Shown here: positions 12,301 to 22,564 of the stretch, in pieces
Layout of the letters: the number at the start of each line of letters is the position of its first letter
How positions within the stretch are numbered: the first letter of the stretch is position 1
From: Paraspadella gotoi
Taxonomy: Eukaryota > Animalia > Chaetognatha
Assembly: GCA_051294375.1 (NCBI GenBank)
Contig: CM119266.1
Location: 9,122,538 to 9,186,297 of the forward strand
Direction of reading: 5' to 3'
Length of the DNA: 63,760 nt
The notes under the pieces: model-generated
Seen by the model: the letters and a program-made list of their open reading frames with translations, nothing else
Told to the model about the DNA's origin: nothing
Database searches by the model: none
Made by a program: the position numbers and the translations under genes

Positions 12301-12742
12301 TATGAATAAAGGTTAAATAAGAACATTTCAAATTTTATTAAACTTTTAACTTTTAATAAATTTCAATGAAGTTTTAAACTACCTTACCTGGTCAACAAGA
12401 TTTCCAAGTATCTTGACAGTTTTTTCGTTAGCATTTTCAACGGTTAGCAAACCAATGTAAGACTGGAGAAAGTCCGCAATAGACATATAATGTTCTTCAC
12501 CTTTTTTGACAGTCGCATACTACAAGAATTTTTAAAAAAATCTTCAAATCTCCTACATCATCACCACCATCTGCATAATCATCATCACCTTATTAAATAT
12601 TTCTTGAAGCAAGTGAGTTTCCGCTCGTTTGGTAAAATAGGATTCCTGAATAATAATAAACACAAAAAAATGTGGGAAAAATATTCTAACTAGACTGTTA
12701 ATATAATGATAAACCTACATGCTTTTCATTCGCGGACGCCAT
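3366..12742 (-). CDS. SLC25A12: Calcium-binding mitochondrial aspartate/glutamate carrier (aralar/citrin); 3' exons not in the window
   Basis: ATG at 12742 (MASANEKH|ESYFTKRAE...). EF-hand exons lie at 10.8-12.6 kb ([40 protein letters not shown]). Exon 10530-10611 ([10 protein letters not shown]) splices to 4261-4372 ([21 protein letters not shown]), then 3954-4062, 3802-3885, 3586-3726 ([15 protein letters not shown]) and 3366-3504 ([15 protein letters not shown]). Confidence 0.96.
5394..5407. promoter_or_regulatory. RFX X-box upstream of Tctex-1
   Basis: GTTTCTATGGAAAC matches the GTYNCY-AT-RGNAAC consensus and lies about 90 bp upstream of the ATG at 5497. Confidence 0.6.
5497..5896 (+). 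CDS. DYNLT1: Dynein light chain Tctex-type 1 (113 aa), nested antisense in the aralar intron
   Basis: Exons 5497-5544 and 5603-5896 give [16 protein letters not shown]|[10 protein letters not shown]...[55 protein letters not shown]. Confidence 0.97.
6257..10396 (+). CDS. HEATR4: HEAT repeat-containing protein 4-like, multi-exon, nested antisense in the aralar intron
   Basis: Many short GT-AG introns follow the ATG at 6257. The terminal exon (~9491-10396) has HEAT repeats [40 protein letters not shown] and [21 protein letters not shown], which I recognise as HEATR4-type. Confidence 0.85.
8521..8642 (+). mobile_element. Second, partial copy of the SINE-like repeat, in a HEATR4 intron
   Basis: GGAAGTCGTTAGGACTGTGG...TGTTCCCC.TCTGAGCCA...AGGCGGTGTG.ATATAC.GCCACA matches the reverse complement of 2941-3070. 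Confidence 0.75.
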
Positions 12743-13726
12743 GTTTCTCGTAGTCCACTCCGTGAAATATATTTAACAAGTCGACGAATTCACTTCATTT
12801 TACATAGTAATAGAAACTTCAATTTCAGACGGTGTACCTATGTAAAATTAAACGTTTGGATAGAAACTATTTATGAAATTGGTACAACAAATAGAAAAAT
12901 TATTTATTCATTCAGTAAATAAGCCAATTATATTAAACTTATATTATCATAAGTCTTTAATATTTTTATTAGTTTTAATAAAATTAAATTAAAATAAAAT
13001 AAAATTTAATATTAAATTATTAATTTCTATAATTTCACTGTCGCGAAATTAGATACAAACGAAACGAACAGAATACGCAGAGCGAAGACATAATATATAG
13101 ATCGAAGTGAAATTAGATTAAGTTTAGCGACCGCTTAAAATTTAATTCAATAAAAATTGGCGCGCAATGACAGTTGGAATGCTCTAGCTATAAAAAAAAA
13201 AATACAAACGAAACTCTTCTAAACTGTTCATACCGGTATCGGGTATGGTTGGCAGACAGTGCGATTAAAAAACGAATAGCACTGCCTGGATAAACTTAAC
13301 GACAATTAGGTGAAAGTACCGCACATCACGTGAAGGACGCGTGCCTAATATCGATTCATCGCCGCCGGTTTTTAATCTCTCGTTGTCCCGCGCACGAAAT
13401 TTCCTCGAAATCTTCCAATAAACTTTCCAGAGTCACGCGAGGCGGAATTAAAATGTTCAGGGAAGCAATTTCCGATAGTCAAAGTCGAACGAATATTAAC
13501 GAGACTGATGACGAGAAACAGGGAAGCAGAATCGGCGGGTGAACTCGATGGCGACGCCGCTGACTGACGACGACCGCGAATCACGATGATCTTTTGTTTC
13601 CTCACAGCTGATCCTCTTTCCCGCGACCACGACGACCACGACCAAGACCACGACGGTGGCGACGACGACGGAATTCAGACTCAACTCTCGCGTCCCTTTT
13701 GTTTCATAAGAAGCGAACGGATAGAA

Positions 13727-16028
13727 ATGGCGGGTAAGTCGCCGATTTTCAGAAAAATATGTCAATTAAGTTATTTTTATTTAAGCAATTGATATAAATA
13801 CGATTTTAGTAGAATTTAAATTTTCAAAGGCTAAGTATTTTTTAGTTTTTTTCCTATTTCTCTATCTTCATGAAATAGAAAACGTTTTCCATGCTTTTAA
13901 CGTCCCTCAATAATATCTTCCGTTTCGTCAATTCAGAATACAACGACCTCGACTCTCGTCTCCTTCGAAAGGCCACCGAGGCCGGATTGGACGGGTTCAT
14001 CTGCGACGCCAACGACGCCCTCGAACTCAAGCTGGTCAGAGACTCCAAGGATGTGGACGACGAGGAGACCACGTTTAACCCGGAAATGTCGCATCAAGTC
14101 TACGGCGAGAACGAGAATATTTTTGGATACAAAGATCTCAAGATCAAAGTAAGCCGAATTACTAGCTAGAGTGACCTTATGGCTTCCCGTGGATTCACAT
14201 TTGAATATTCCATTCTAGTTATACTACAGCGCGGCCAAGCTGACCACCTATCTCAACGTCTCCTACTCCAAAAAAGTGAACCAAGCCGGAATAATACCGG
14301 ACGATGTTCGAGCTCCGCTCCTCGAAAGAATTCCTCCAGGATTTTTGGAAAATCTCGACGATTTTCGGAGTAGCCTGACGAATGAGGACACATTTAGGTC
14401 AATTTGTAATGGTCATATTTAATTCTGGAACATTTATTTTACTTGAATTCAAACGTTGTCATTATGATAGGCCCTTTGGAGATCAGCTGACCGCTTTTGC
14501 GCGAATATGGAAAGATGAAGAGCACAAGTTTGAAATTTTCAAGGTACTTCATTATCACTATTATCACAATATCAGTATTATATTAGTTGTTAACTTAGAT
14601 TTACTTCTTGTAAAGTCCTGTCGACCCATCAACTTAATAGTTCGATATACTGATCTGAGTAGTAATTATCTTAGTTTAACTTAAGTATAATTAAATATGG
14701 TACATGATTCTCGCAATATATATCCACTAGGTGGAGTCTGTGGATTCTTTGCCGAACCCCGACTCCTTCCTCCAATTCCACGAGCGTCTCCAAACTTTTC
14801 TCCTCTGGTTCGTCGACGCGGCGTCCTTCATTGACGTCGACGACCCCAAGTGGACGTTTTATTTTTTGTGAGTCTCAAGTTTCCCTCGAAAGTTTCCGCC
14901 TGAAACTAGTGAACCTACCCTCCTTACCTTGGCCTGCATCCCTTCCCCCCCAGGTACGAGAAGTGCGAAGTAGAAGGCAAGCAGACCCGCTGCGTGGTCG
15001 GCTACGCAACCGTCTATCGCTACTACGCTCATCCCTTTAAACTGCGCCCGCGCATCAGCCAGTTCCTCATTCTCCCGCCGTGGCAGCGCCGCGGCCTGGG
15101 CGCCCGCCTCCTGAGGGCCATCAACTCGCATCTGCGACGAGACCCGGAAGTCCTCGACATCGTGGTCGAGGATCCTTCGGACGCTTTCGTTCTTCTTCGC
15201 GACTACGTCGATTCCTGCACTTGTCGCGAGTTGGACGCTTTTTCTAAAGATTCTCTTTTAGCGAACGTCAAGTTGACGGAGGAGATGGAACGAGAGGCCA
15301 GGACCCGGTTTAAGATTAATCGTCGCCAGGTGGGGCATTTGGTCAATTTCAATAAATAATTGAATATAATAATAAAAAATAATTAATATAGACAAAACGA
15401 ATGAATATTGAATAAAAATGTTTGACGAAAACATTGTCTTTTGATCTAACATTTGTATTTATCTGATAAGAGTGTCGGAGGCCTTAGATCACCATAGGCA
15501 TAGCCTGTCCGAAATCTGGAGTAAGAGCTTATTTATTAAATGGAGAATTTTGATATCGGTGGTACCAATTTCATAGGCGATCCGCGTCTTCGAAATTTTA
15601 CGTCTTTCTGTCATCAACCAATTCGACAAGATCCAAATGAAGGAATTTCGTTTGGGTGTCAAACAAAGATTGAATCAGCCCTATGCGGTAAGACTCTCGA
15701 GCGTTGATTGTATAATGTAAAATATAAATGGTTTAATGTGGACCAAAAAAACATTTTTTGGGGACAGGCTGAAAAACGAAAGTTGGAAAAATGTGAGAAA
15801 CTTCTAAAGCCCAACGAGTGGCAGGCGCTTGTGAGACAAATGAAAATGAATCCGACGGTAAGTTATATATGTAAAATTAAAAAAAAAAAAGATTATTATT
15901 TACCTGGAAAACGCTTGTAATTATTTTTTATTCCTTATTTATAGGAGCAAAAAGAATATTTGGACAACCTTTACAAAGAGTTAATCCAAGACTACCGCAA
16001 GACTGTTAAAAAACTCGAAGACCTGTAA
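13727..16028 (+). CDS. HAT1: Histone acetyltransferase type B catalytic subunit
   Basis: ATGGCGG|gtaagt at 13727. Spliced exons give FNPEMSHQVYGENENIFGYKDLKIK, HERLQTFLLWFVDAASFIDVDDPKW, RPRISQFLILPPWQRRGLG (acetyl-CoA motif A) and VEDPS. Stop at 16026-16028. Confidence 0.96.
15455..15575 (+). mobile_element. Partial copy of the ~0.4-kb dispersed element, in a HAT1 intron
   Basis: It shares GGAGGCCTTA..TCACCA...GCTTATTTATTAAATG with 18400-18490 and ends in GTACCAATTTCATA, as does the reverse complement of 28575-28690. Confidence 0.75.
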
Positions 16029-17020
16029 ATATTGGAATGTTACGGTATTTTTCTCACTACTGTTACCGTTTCTTTTATTAATAAACCTAAAAACATACGA
16101 ATTGATTTATTTGGAGAGACCTATTCAGTTGTTTTTATCAATATTAGAATAAGAATAGATAAATTAGATATAATATTTTTAGATATTGCTTGATATGAAT
16201 TAAGAATATATTTAATGCACACAAAATCACAAATGCTTCTCATTTTGCACGTGACCCGATGGGTAAACAGACAAGCGGGACTTCGTCCTCACAGAGCATT
16301 GCGGAAGTTAAAACTCGTCATGATGACGTCATGATTCGAGAAAACTTGCGGGTCTCCTTTGTTTGCTTGTGAAAAATGGAAGAATTCTCTTAGTGTGTGG
16401 TTCTGATACGCGAGTTATTCCCGTCTATGGTCATTGGTCAATTGCTCATGTCCTTGCCCCGTTTATCAGGCCCTCTTATCAAACATGCGAAATTTGCTAA
16501 TAGAAAATGATAGGTTTTATTACCCCTCATGCTTTTCCTTTGTTTCAATGTATCTGATCCTAGACTAATTTCCCAGCAAAGGTTTAGCGTGGCAACCTCC
16601 CCCTCCAACCCTCGATGCAAAGAAAAAAAAAAGCCCCGATTTCAAGCAGAAGTTTTTCGAAATCTTTTTTAAGGTTTCTCCCTTCAAATTTCAATCTTCG
16701 CTCTCCTTATTTGAAGAGGAACAAATTTTCGTAGGAAGAAAGATTCTAAACAAAAAAAAGATAAAAAAACAGGTTTGAAAAACTAGCTCTGCCTTTCTCC
16801 GTTCCCGCTTTTCTCCCTCCTATATCTCTCATTTAAACCGGATAGAAACAGTGACCAAGCAACAAAGAATTTACAAGATAAAAGAAAAGCAAATAAAGAG
16901 TTGCGAAAAGGTGTGAATAAATATATATATTGATCCCTACGATTATCCCCCCCCAAAAAAAAAACAAATTACGCACAAATTAAAGAAAAACAACTTTCGT
17001 CGCTGCGTTAAACAAAAAAA

Positions 17021-18885
17021 ATGACCAACTTAATTTCAAGTTTTTCCGATCTCCTCGGCACATTTTCCGAACATCGCTATCTTGACGATGGAATCGACAG
17101 AGCGAATCGCATCTATGCTCCCGTGCTCTTGATGGTCAGCGCATCTCTTCTTGGTCTCATTCAGTTTTTCGGCGATCCAATTGAAGTATGTTACCAATAA
17201 AGCTTTGAATAATGGATGTGATTTTTAATTCGTGTCAATAATGCTCTTTATAACGAAATCAGTGCACCAAGACTGACCAAGACGCCTCGGCCGACATGGA
17301 CTACGTAAAGACGTACTGTTGGGCGCACGGGACTTACGATATCGAGACCGACCGCCGCCTGTCTTACTACCAGTGGGTCCCGGTGGTCCTGGCGATCCAG
17401 GCCTTCTTCTTTCAAGTTCCCTTCCTCTTCTGGGCCCAGAGATCCCGGGCCAGCGGCCTCAATTTGCCCACTTTGATGAAAGGCGCCTTCGCTTTGACCG
17501 AAGTACAAAAGGACAAAAAAACCCGGGAGGAAACCGTGGCCGAAATCGCCAATCTCATGCATTCTTACTTTCGTCGGAATCTCGTCGCTTCTCCGTCTGT
17601 TCGACGTCGAACCCTCAGCAACTTGACCATGTCTTACTTCTTATCAAAAATCCTGTACCTGCTAAACATCGCGATGCAAATGTTTTTTCTCAATCAGTTT
17701 CTCGACGACCTATTCTTGGAAAACTTTAATTCGGTCGTGAAACGAAACCTACTGCGATCGGACGGAGCTCCGTCAAAGCTCTTCCCTCTACTGGCTCGCT
17801 GCAAATTTTACAATAACTTTGACGATCTCAAAGAGACGGGCGGTGGACCCAAGGCGCACCTCTGCACACTGCCCCTCAACCTGTACAATGACAGACTCTT
17901 CGCCTACATCTGCCTCTTGTTACTGCTCATGATGGTGGGGATGGTCTTCAGCATCGGCGAGTGGGCCGTCAAACTTCTCGTACCTTCTAGCAAGGATATA
18001 ATCGTGAAAAAAGTCTTGCAGGAAAATCGCTTGTTGATAAGTCACCCGAGCGACGTTGAAAGGTAGACCGAAAGATTTTTTTTATTCTTTGTTTTTAAAT
18101 TTCTTAATCGCTCACCTGTGAAGTTCTCTCGATATTACGTTCACTTTAAACTGAAAGATAAGGAATCACGACATTATTATGAAATTACTTCGCAGTTAAC
18201 GTGAAAGTATTCTAGTCTTAACGATTAAAACATATAAAAACATATTAAAACATATTAAAACATTTGAAATATTATGCCACTTCATTGATAGGGAAGCCAG
18301 GTACTCTCGGAGTGAATAAACGAGACTGCCTGTGACTGTGAGAGAGTCTTGATTGAAAGCTTGCAGGGACCTGTTATGTCATTATCTTGTAAGAGTGATG
18401 GAGGCCTTAAATCACCAAAGTTTGTCCAAAGTCAGAGTCAAGATAGCTTATTTATTAAATGAATGAAGAATTTTTATATTGGTTTTAACAAGAAATCATG
18501 AAAAAATAAATAGAATTATAAATATTATTATTAGATATTTTAAAATCTAAAAAACTATAGATTTTTTGAATTTTTGAAATTTTCATAATATTAAGATATT
18601 AAGCATTTTGACAGGTTCGTCAACGTATACCTTCGCACGGATGGCGTGCTCGTCCTAAAACTCGTGCGTCTCAACATGGGCGTCCATGTCTCGCGCGAGA
18701 TAGTCACTGCGCTCTTCCCTCTTTTCGCCGGAAACGAGAGCCACGCCTCCAATCATGATGGCGCCTCGAGCCCGAGCGTCGCCTCTAGTCCCCGTGGACC
18801 ATCAAGTCCGCGTTCCTTTGACTTGAGCGAGGACACGAGACCCTTGAGAGAAAAATCGCCACTCCGCGAAGAATCTCCTGTATGA
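17021..18885 (+). CDS. Innexin (gap junction protein)
   Basis: Exons 17021-17185, 17263-18062 and 18615-18885. Hallmarks are DDGIDRAN, GDPIEC, YVKTYCW, YYQWVP, FPLLARC, CTLPLN and YLRTDGVLVL. Confidence 0.95.
18260..18490 (+). mobile_element. Copy of the dispersed element with hammerhead-like motif (innexin intron 2)
   Basis: Nearly identical to the reverse complement of 28575-28785. It contains CTGCCTGTGACTGTGAGAGAGTCTTGATTGAAAGCTTGCAG at 18326-18366. Confidence 0.85.
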
Positions 18886-20978
18886 AGTTTTAACTTCGTA
18901 ATACTTTACATTTTTGATACATTACATTATTTTTTCATTTCATTAACTTTGCCCGACATACTTCTTATCTCGGTTGATCAATCTGTCAATTAGTCAAAAT
19001 ATACTTTCTAAAAGTTGCAAACAAAATTAATTTTCGATTAGCTAAATATTTTCGAGCCAATTTTTAATACCTAAATGCGAAATGTGCAAAATTAACAGTT
19101 TGCGTCATACATATTTACGTATTCAATGATAAAATCATAAAATATTTTCAAAAAAGTTAACTTCCTCAGATGTTTTCAATCATTATTTTCTTTTTTTTAA
19201 CCGGAGATCCGTTAACATTTTTATTTTTAAATTTTAGAAATCGAGCCAAGTGAAAAAGGAATTCGTATTTATGTGCTGCTCCAACCACTCGGCGAAAGTC
19301 AGAAAGGAAAACGGAAAACGATCTCCAGGAAATCCGAAGGGCTTCACATGTGTTTCAGATGGGGACAGGGTGCTCGGTGAGAAGGGGGCGTTATAATTAG
19401 GGTGGATGACGTAAATAAAATCTCCAAGGGCCTCGTTACCATCGGAAGGATAAAAGTACAAAGTGAGATCGTAGAGATTGACGGGGTTGAGCGACGGGAT
19501 CCGAGAGCTGGGGTGGCTGGGAGGGGAATATTTGAATGCTGAGAATCTTTCTCCTCTTCGATTCGTATTTTTCCCCTCTCTTAGTATCTTCTACAGATGT
19601 ACTTCCCGAGCGGGGATGTAGACGAGTGGGGCTTTCTAAAGTATATGGCGGCCGTGATACATCTGCGGATGTTGCTGTTGAGAGGAGGCAGAATAGACGA
19701 GACCAGAGAGAGAGAGAGAGATAGAGAGAAAGAGAGAGAAATAGAGAGAGAGAGAGAAAGAGAAAAGAAGTCGAGTTTAACTTCTCTCATCTCATCATTT
19801 TTTTTCTTGAGATCAAAATTCTCTCTTTCATCGAAGATTTACAACCTGACGATGTTTTCTACATCATCTTTTCTTTTTTTCTTTGGATGGGCGGTGTTAT
19901 TTCTGCACGTATCGGGAACATCTATGATTTTTTGCAATCGATAAATTTCTTCAACGTTTTCTCGAATCGCGAGAAATCGGAGAGTCAAGGAAAAAAGATT
20001 ACAAAAAAAAAATAAATAAGAAAGTATGTAACTTCTGTTTCTGTAAAAATACGTAATCAAAAAAAATTAATTTAAAAATATTTATAATTTAGCGACTGTA
20101 AACCAGAATATTAGTATTAACATGAATCAAGTATTTTCAAATAAAGTTTTCTATCGCTTTCTTTGATTCCTCAAGTCGAAAACGATGGAAAAAAATATAT
20201 AGGTAGCTTATTATTAAATTAATGGATAATTTTTATATTGGTTGTACCAATTTCATATATATATATACAAAAGCAAACGTCGCTTCTTGTTCCATCTCCT
20301 TCCAGCGACGGGTCCTTCAAAAAATTTTCCCTTTCGCCATCGATAGCCACAATTCCGCAGTCACGTTCCGTCAAAACTCGAAACACTAAAAAAAATGTCC
20401 GGGTTTTTCCTCCGCTGAAAAAAAAAAGGAAAAAAGAAGGAAGGAAGAGGAGCCGAAGGAAGGGAGGGAGTGAGAGTGGCAAAGGGAAGGCTGGGGGTGT
20501 AAAGGGGGGCGCGTGATTCCGTGAAGGTCTTGAGCACGCGAGGCACCGCCGCATCACGACTTGCAAGAAAAAGGCAAAAAAGACATTTTTCATCCCCCGT
20601 CGAACAACTCCTCCTCTTCCTCCTCTGACCGGAGATCATCCTCCTCCTCCTCCTCTTCCCCCGCGATCCTTTTTCCTCCTTCACGTGATTGTGAAAACGG
20701 TTTTTCTCCGGGCGTTCGTCCCCTCGATCCTGGGTTTCTCAACTTTTTTGGTTTTTTGCTAAATCGACGCCCGCGATGCTTAATTATTTTTTCTCAGTTT
20801 AAAAGGATGAAACTCGGGTTGTGAAAGTCGCGCATCGTGAATTTTTTTTCTTTCTGGTTTCAACCGTGTCCTTTCCCAAAAATCGCCGCATTTTAGTTTT
20901 TTCTTTTTTTTTCTTTTTACATCCGATTAACGGGTCGCCTTTGGCCGTGAATCGGGTGGGATTCCAGTCTAAATGTCA

Positions 20979-21084
<106 letters not shown>

Positions 21085-21162
21085 GCCAGTTCACGAGATT
21101 GATTTTTTACGATGAAAACAAAATTGTGAGCTCTCCCAAGTGGAATGCTTAAGATCTTCGCA

Positions 21163-22488
21163 ATGGCGAACGCCCCGAATTCAACAAACGAACAACAACA
21201 ACAACAATGTTCTACCCTGACGATCCGCTTGATCATGCAAGGGAAGGAAGTCGGCAGCATCATCGGAAAGGTTTGTCATACTATTTTTTAACATTACACA
21301 TTTTAGTCCCGCATCTAATTTTTTTCTCTAAATGAAAACAGAATATTATTTCTTGAAGCTTTTTTATCTTTTTACTGTTCTATGAAAAATTGTCTAAAAT
21401 ATTTCACTTAAGTATTACGTTTAATTATTTTTTGATTTATTTAATATTTAATAATGTAATGGGGAGAGGGATATAAGTGTTATCTTCCGGAAAGAGAGGG
21501 AGCATCTAGACAACACAAGGTTAAAAGTAACTTTCTGCCATATTTTTCTAATAAGATATTTACCATCACTCTTATTAGGAAGTCACTTTACGAAAAAATC
21601 AAAATATCTAAAAGCCTAAACAGAAAGGGGGATGTTATTGTGTTCAATTTTGATATTAGATGAACTTGTAAATATGGCATGTCGAAAATGATACGTTTCT
21701 GATACAAGAATCGTCCTCGCGAATCATGTACACAATGTGTACTACACATCTTAAAATACTAGTATAGCAAAATGCAAATGAGATTTCGATTCCCCGAATT
21801 TTCAAGAACGCCCGTGGCAACCGTTCGGTACCGAACACGCCCAAATCTCTTCTTTGTTTGTTACTCTTTGATTTATTAGCTAATTGCTCAGCTTAAATTT
21901 ATTGACTCTTAAATTCATACGTTCTAACTTCTATACGATATCTGTGATTCATTTAATTCATTCTTTCAATTTTTTCTCTTCTATTTTACCGATATTTGAG
22001 TCACCGCACCTCTTTTATTTTCAGAAAGGCGAAAACATCAAAAAGTTTCGCGAAGAGTCCGGAGCGAAGATCAACATCTCCGACGGATCTTGTCCAGGTT
22101 CGCCGCCCCAAAGTCGCTCGTCGATTTCGATTAACGATTATGGGCTCGAGTATCGTGTCGGTTCTGCTCTCATTCTCTGCCACACGCGCGCCCGAGGCAG
22201 TCATGCGATAAACTTTTGAATTGAATATAATTAAAATTTAAATTCTCTCCTTTCAAACTGTAGCCCTTATTTAAAGTTTAAACCAGTGGCGGTGTCCCGT
22301 TTCTAATTTTATTTGTTTTTTTTTCTTTTTCCAGAACGTATTGTCACTTTGATGGGTACGAGTGAAGCAGTGCAAACGGCTTTCGAAATGATGTGCAAGA
22401 AGCTGGAAGAGGTAGGTTTTACAAAGAAAGACAGAAAGATAGACAGAAAGCATTAAAAAAATTGTAAATAAAAAGAAAGAAAGAATGA

Positions 22489-22564
<76 letters not shown>

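Noticed and set aside
13330-13792. Short ORFs with GAC repeats upstream of HAT1
   Set aside because: They are low-complexity with no recognisable domain, and are better explained as promoter/5' UTR.
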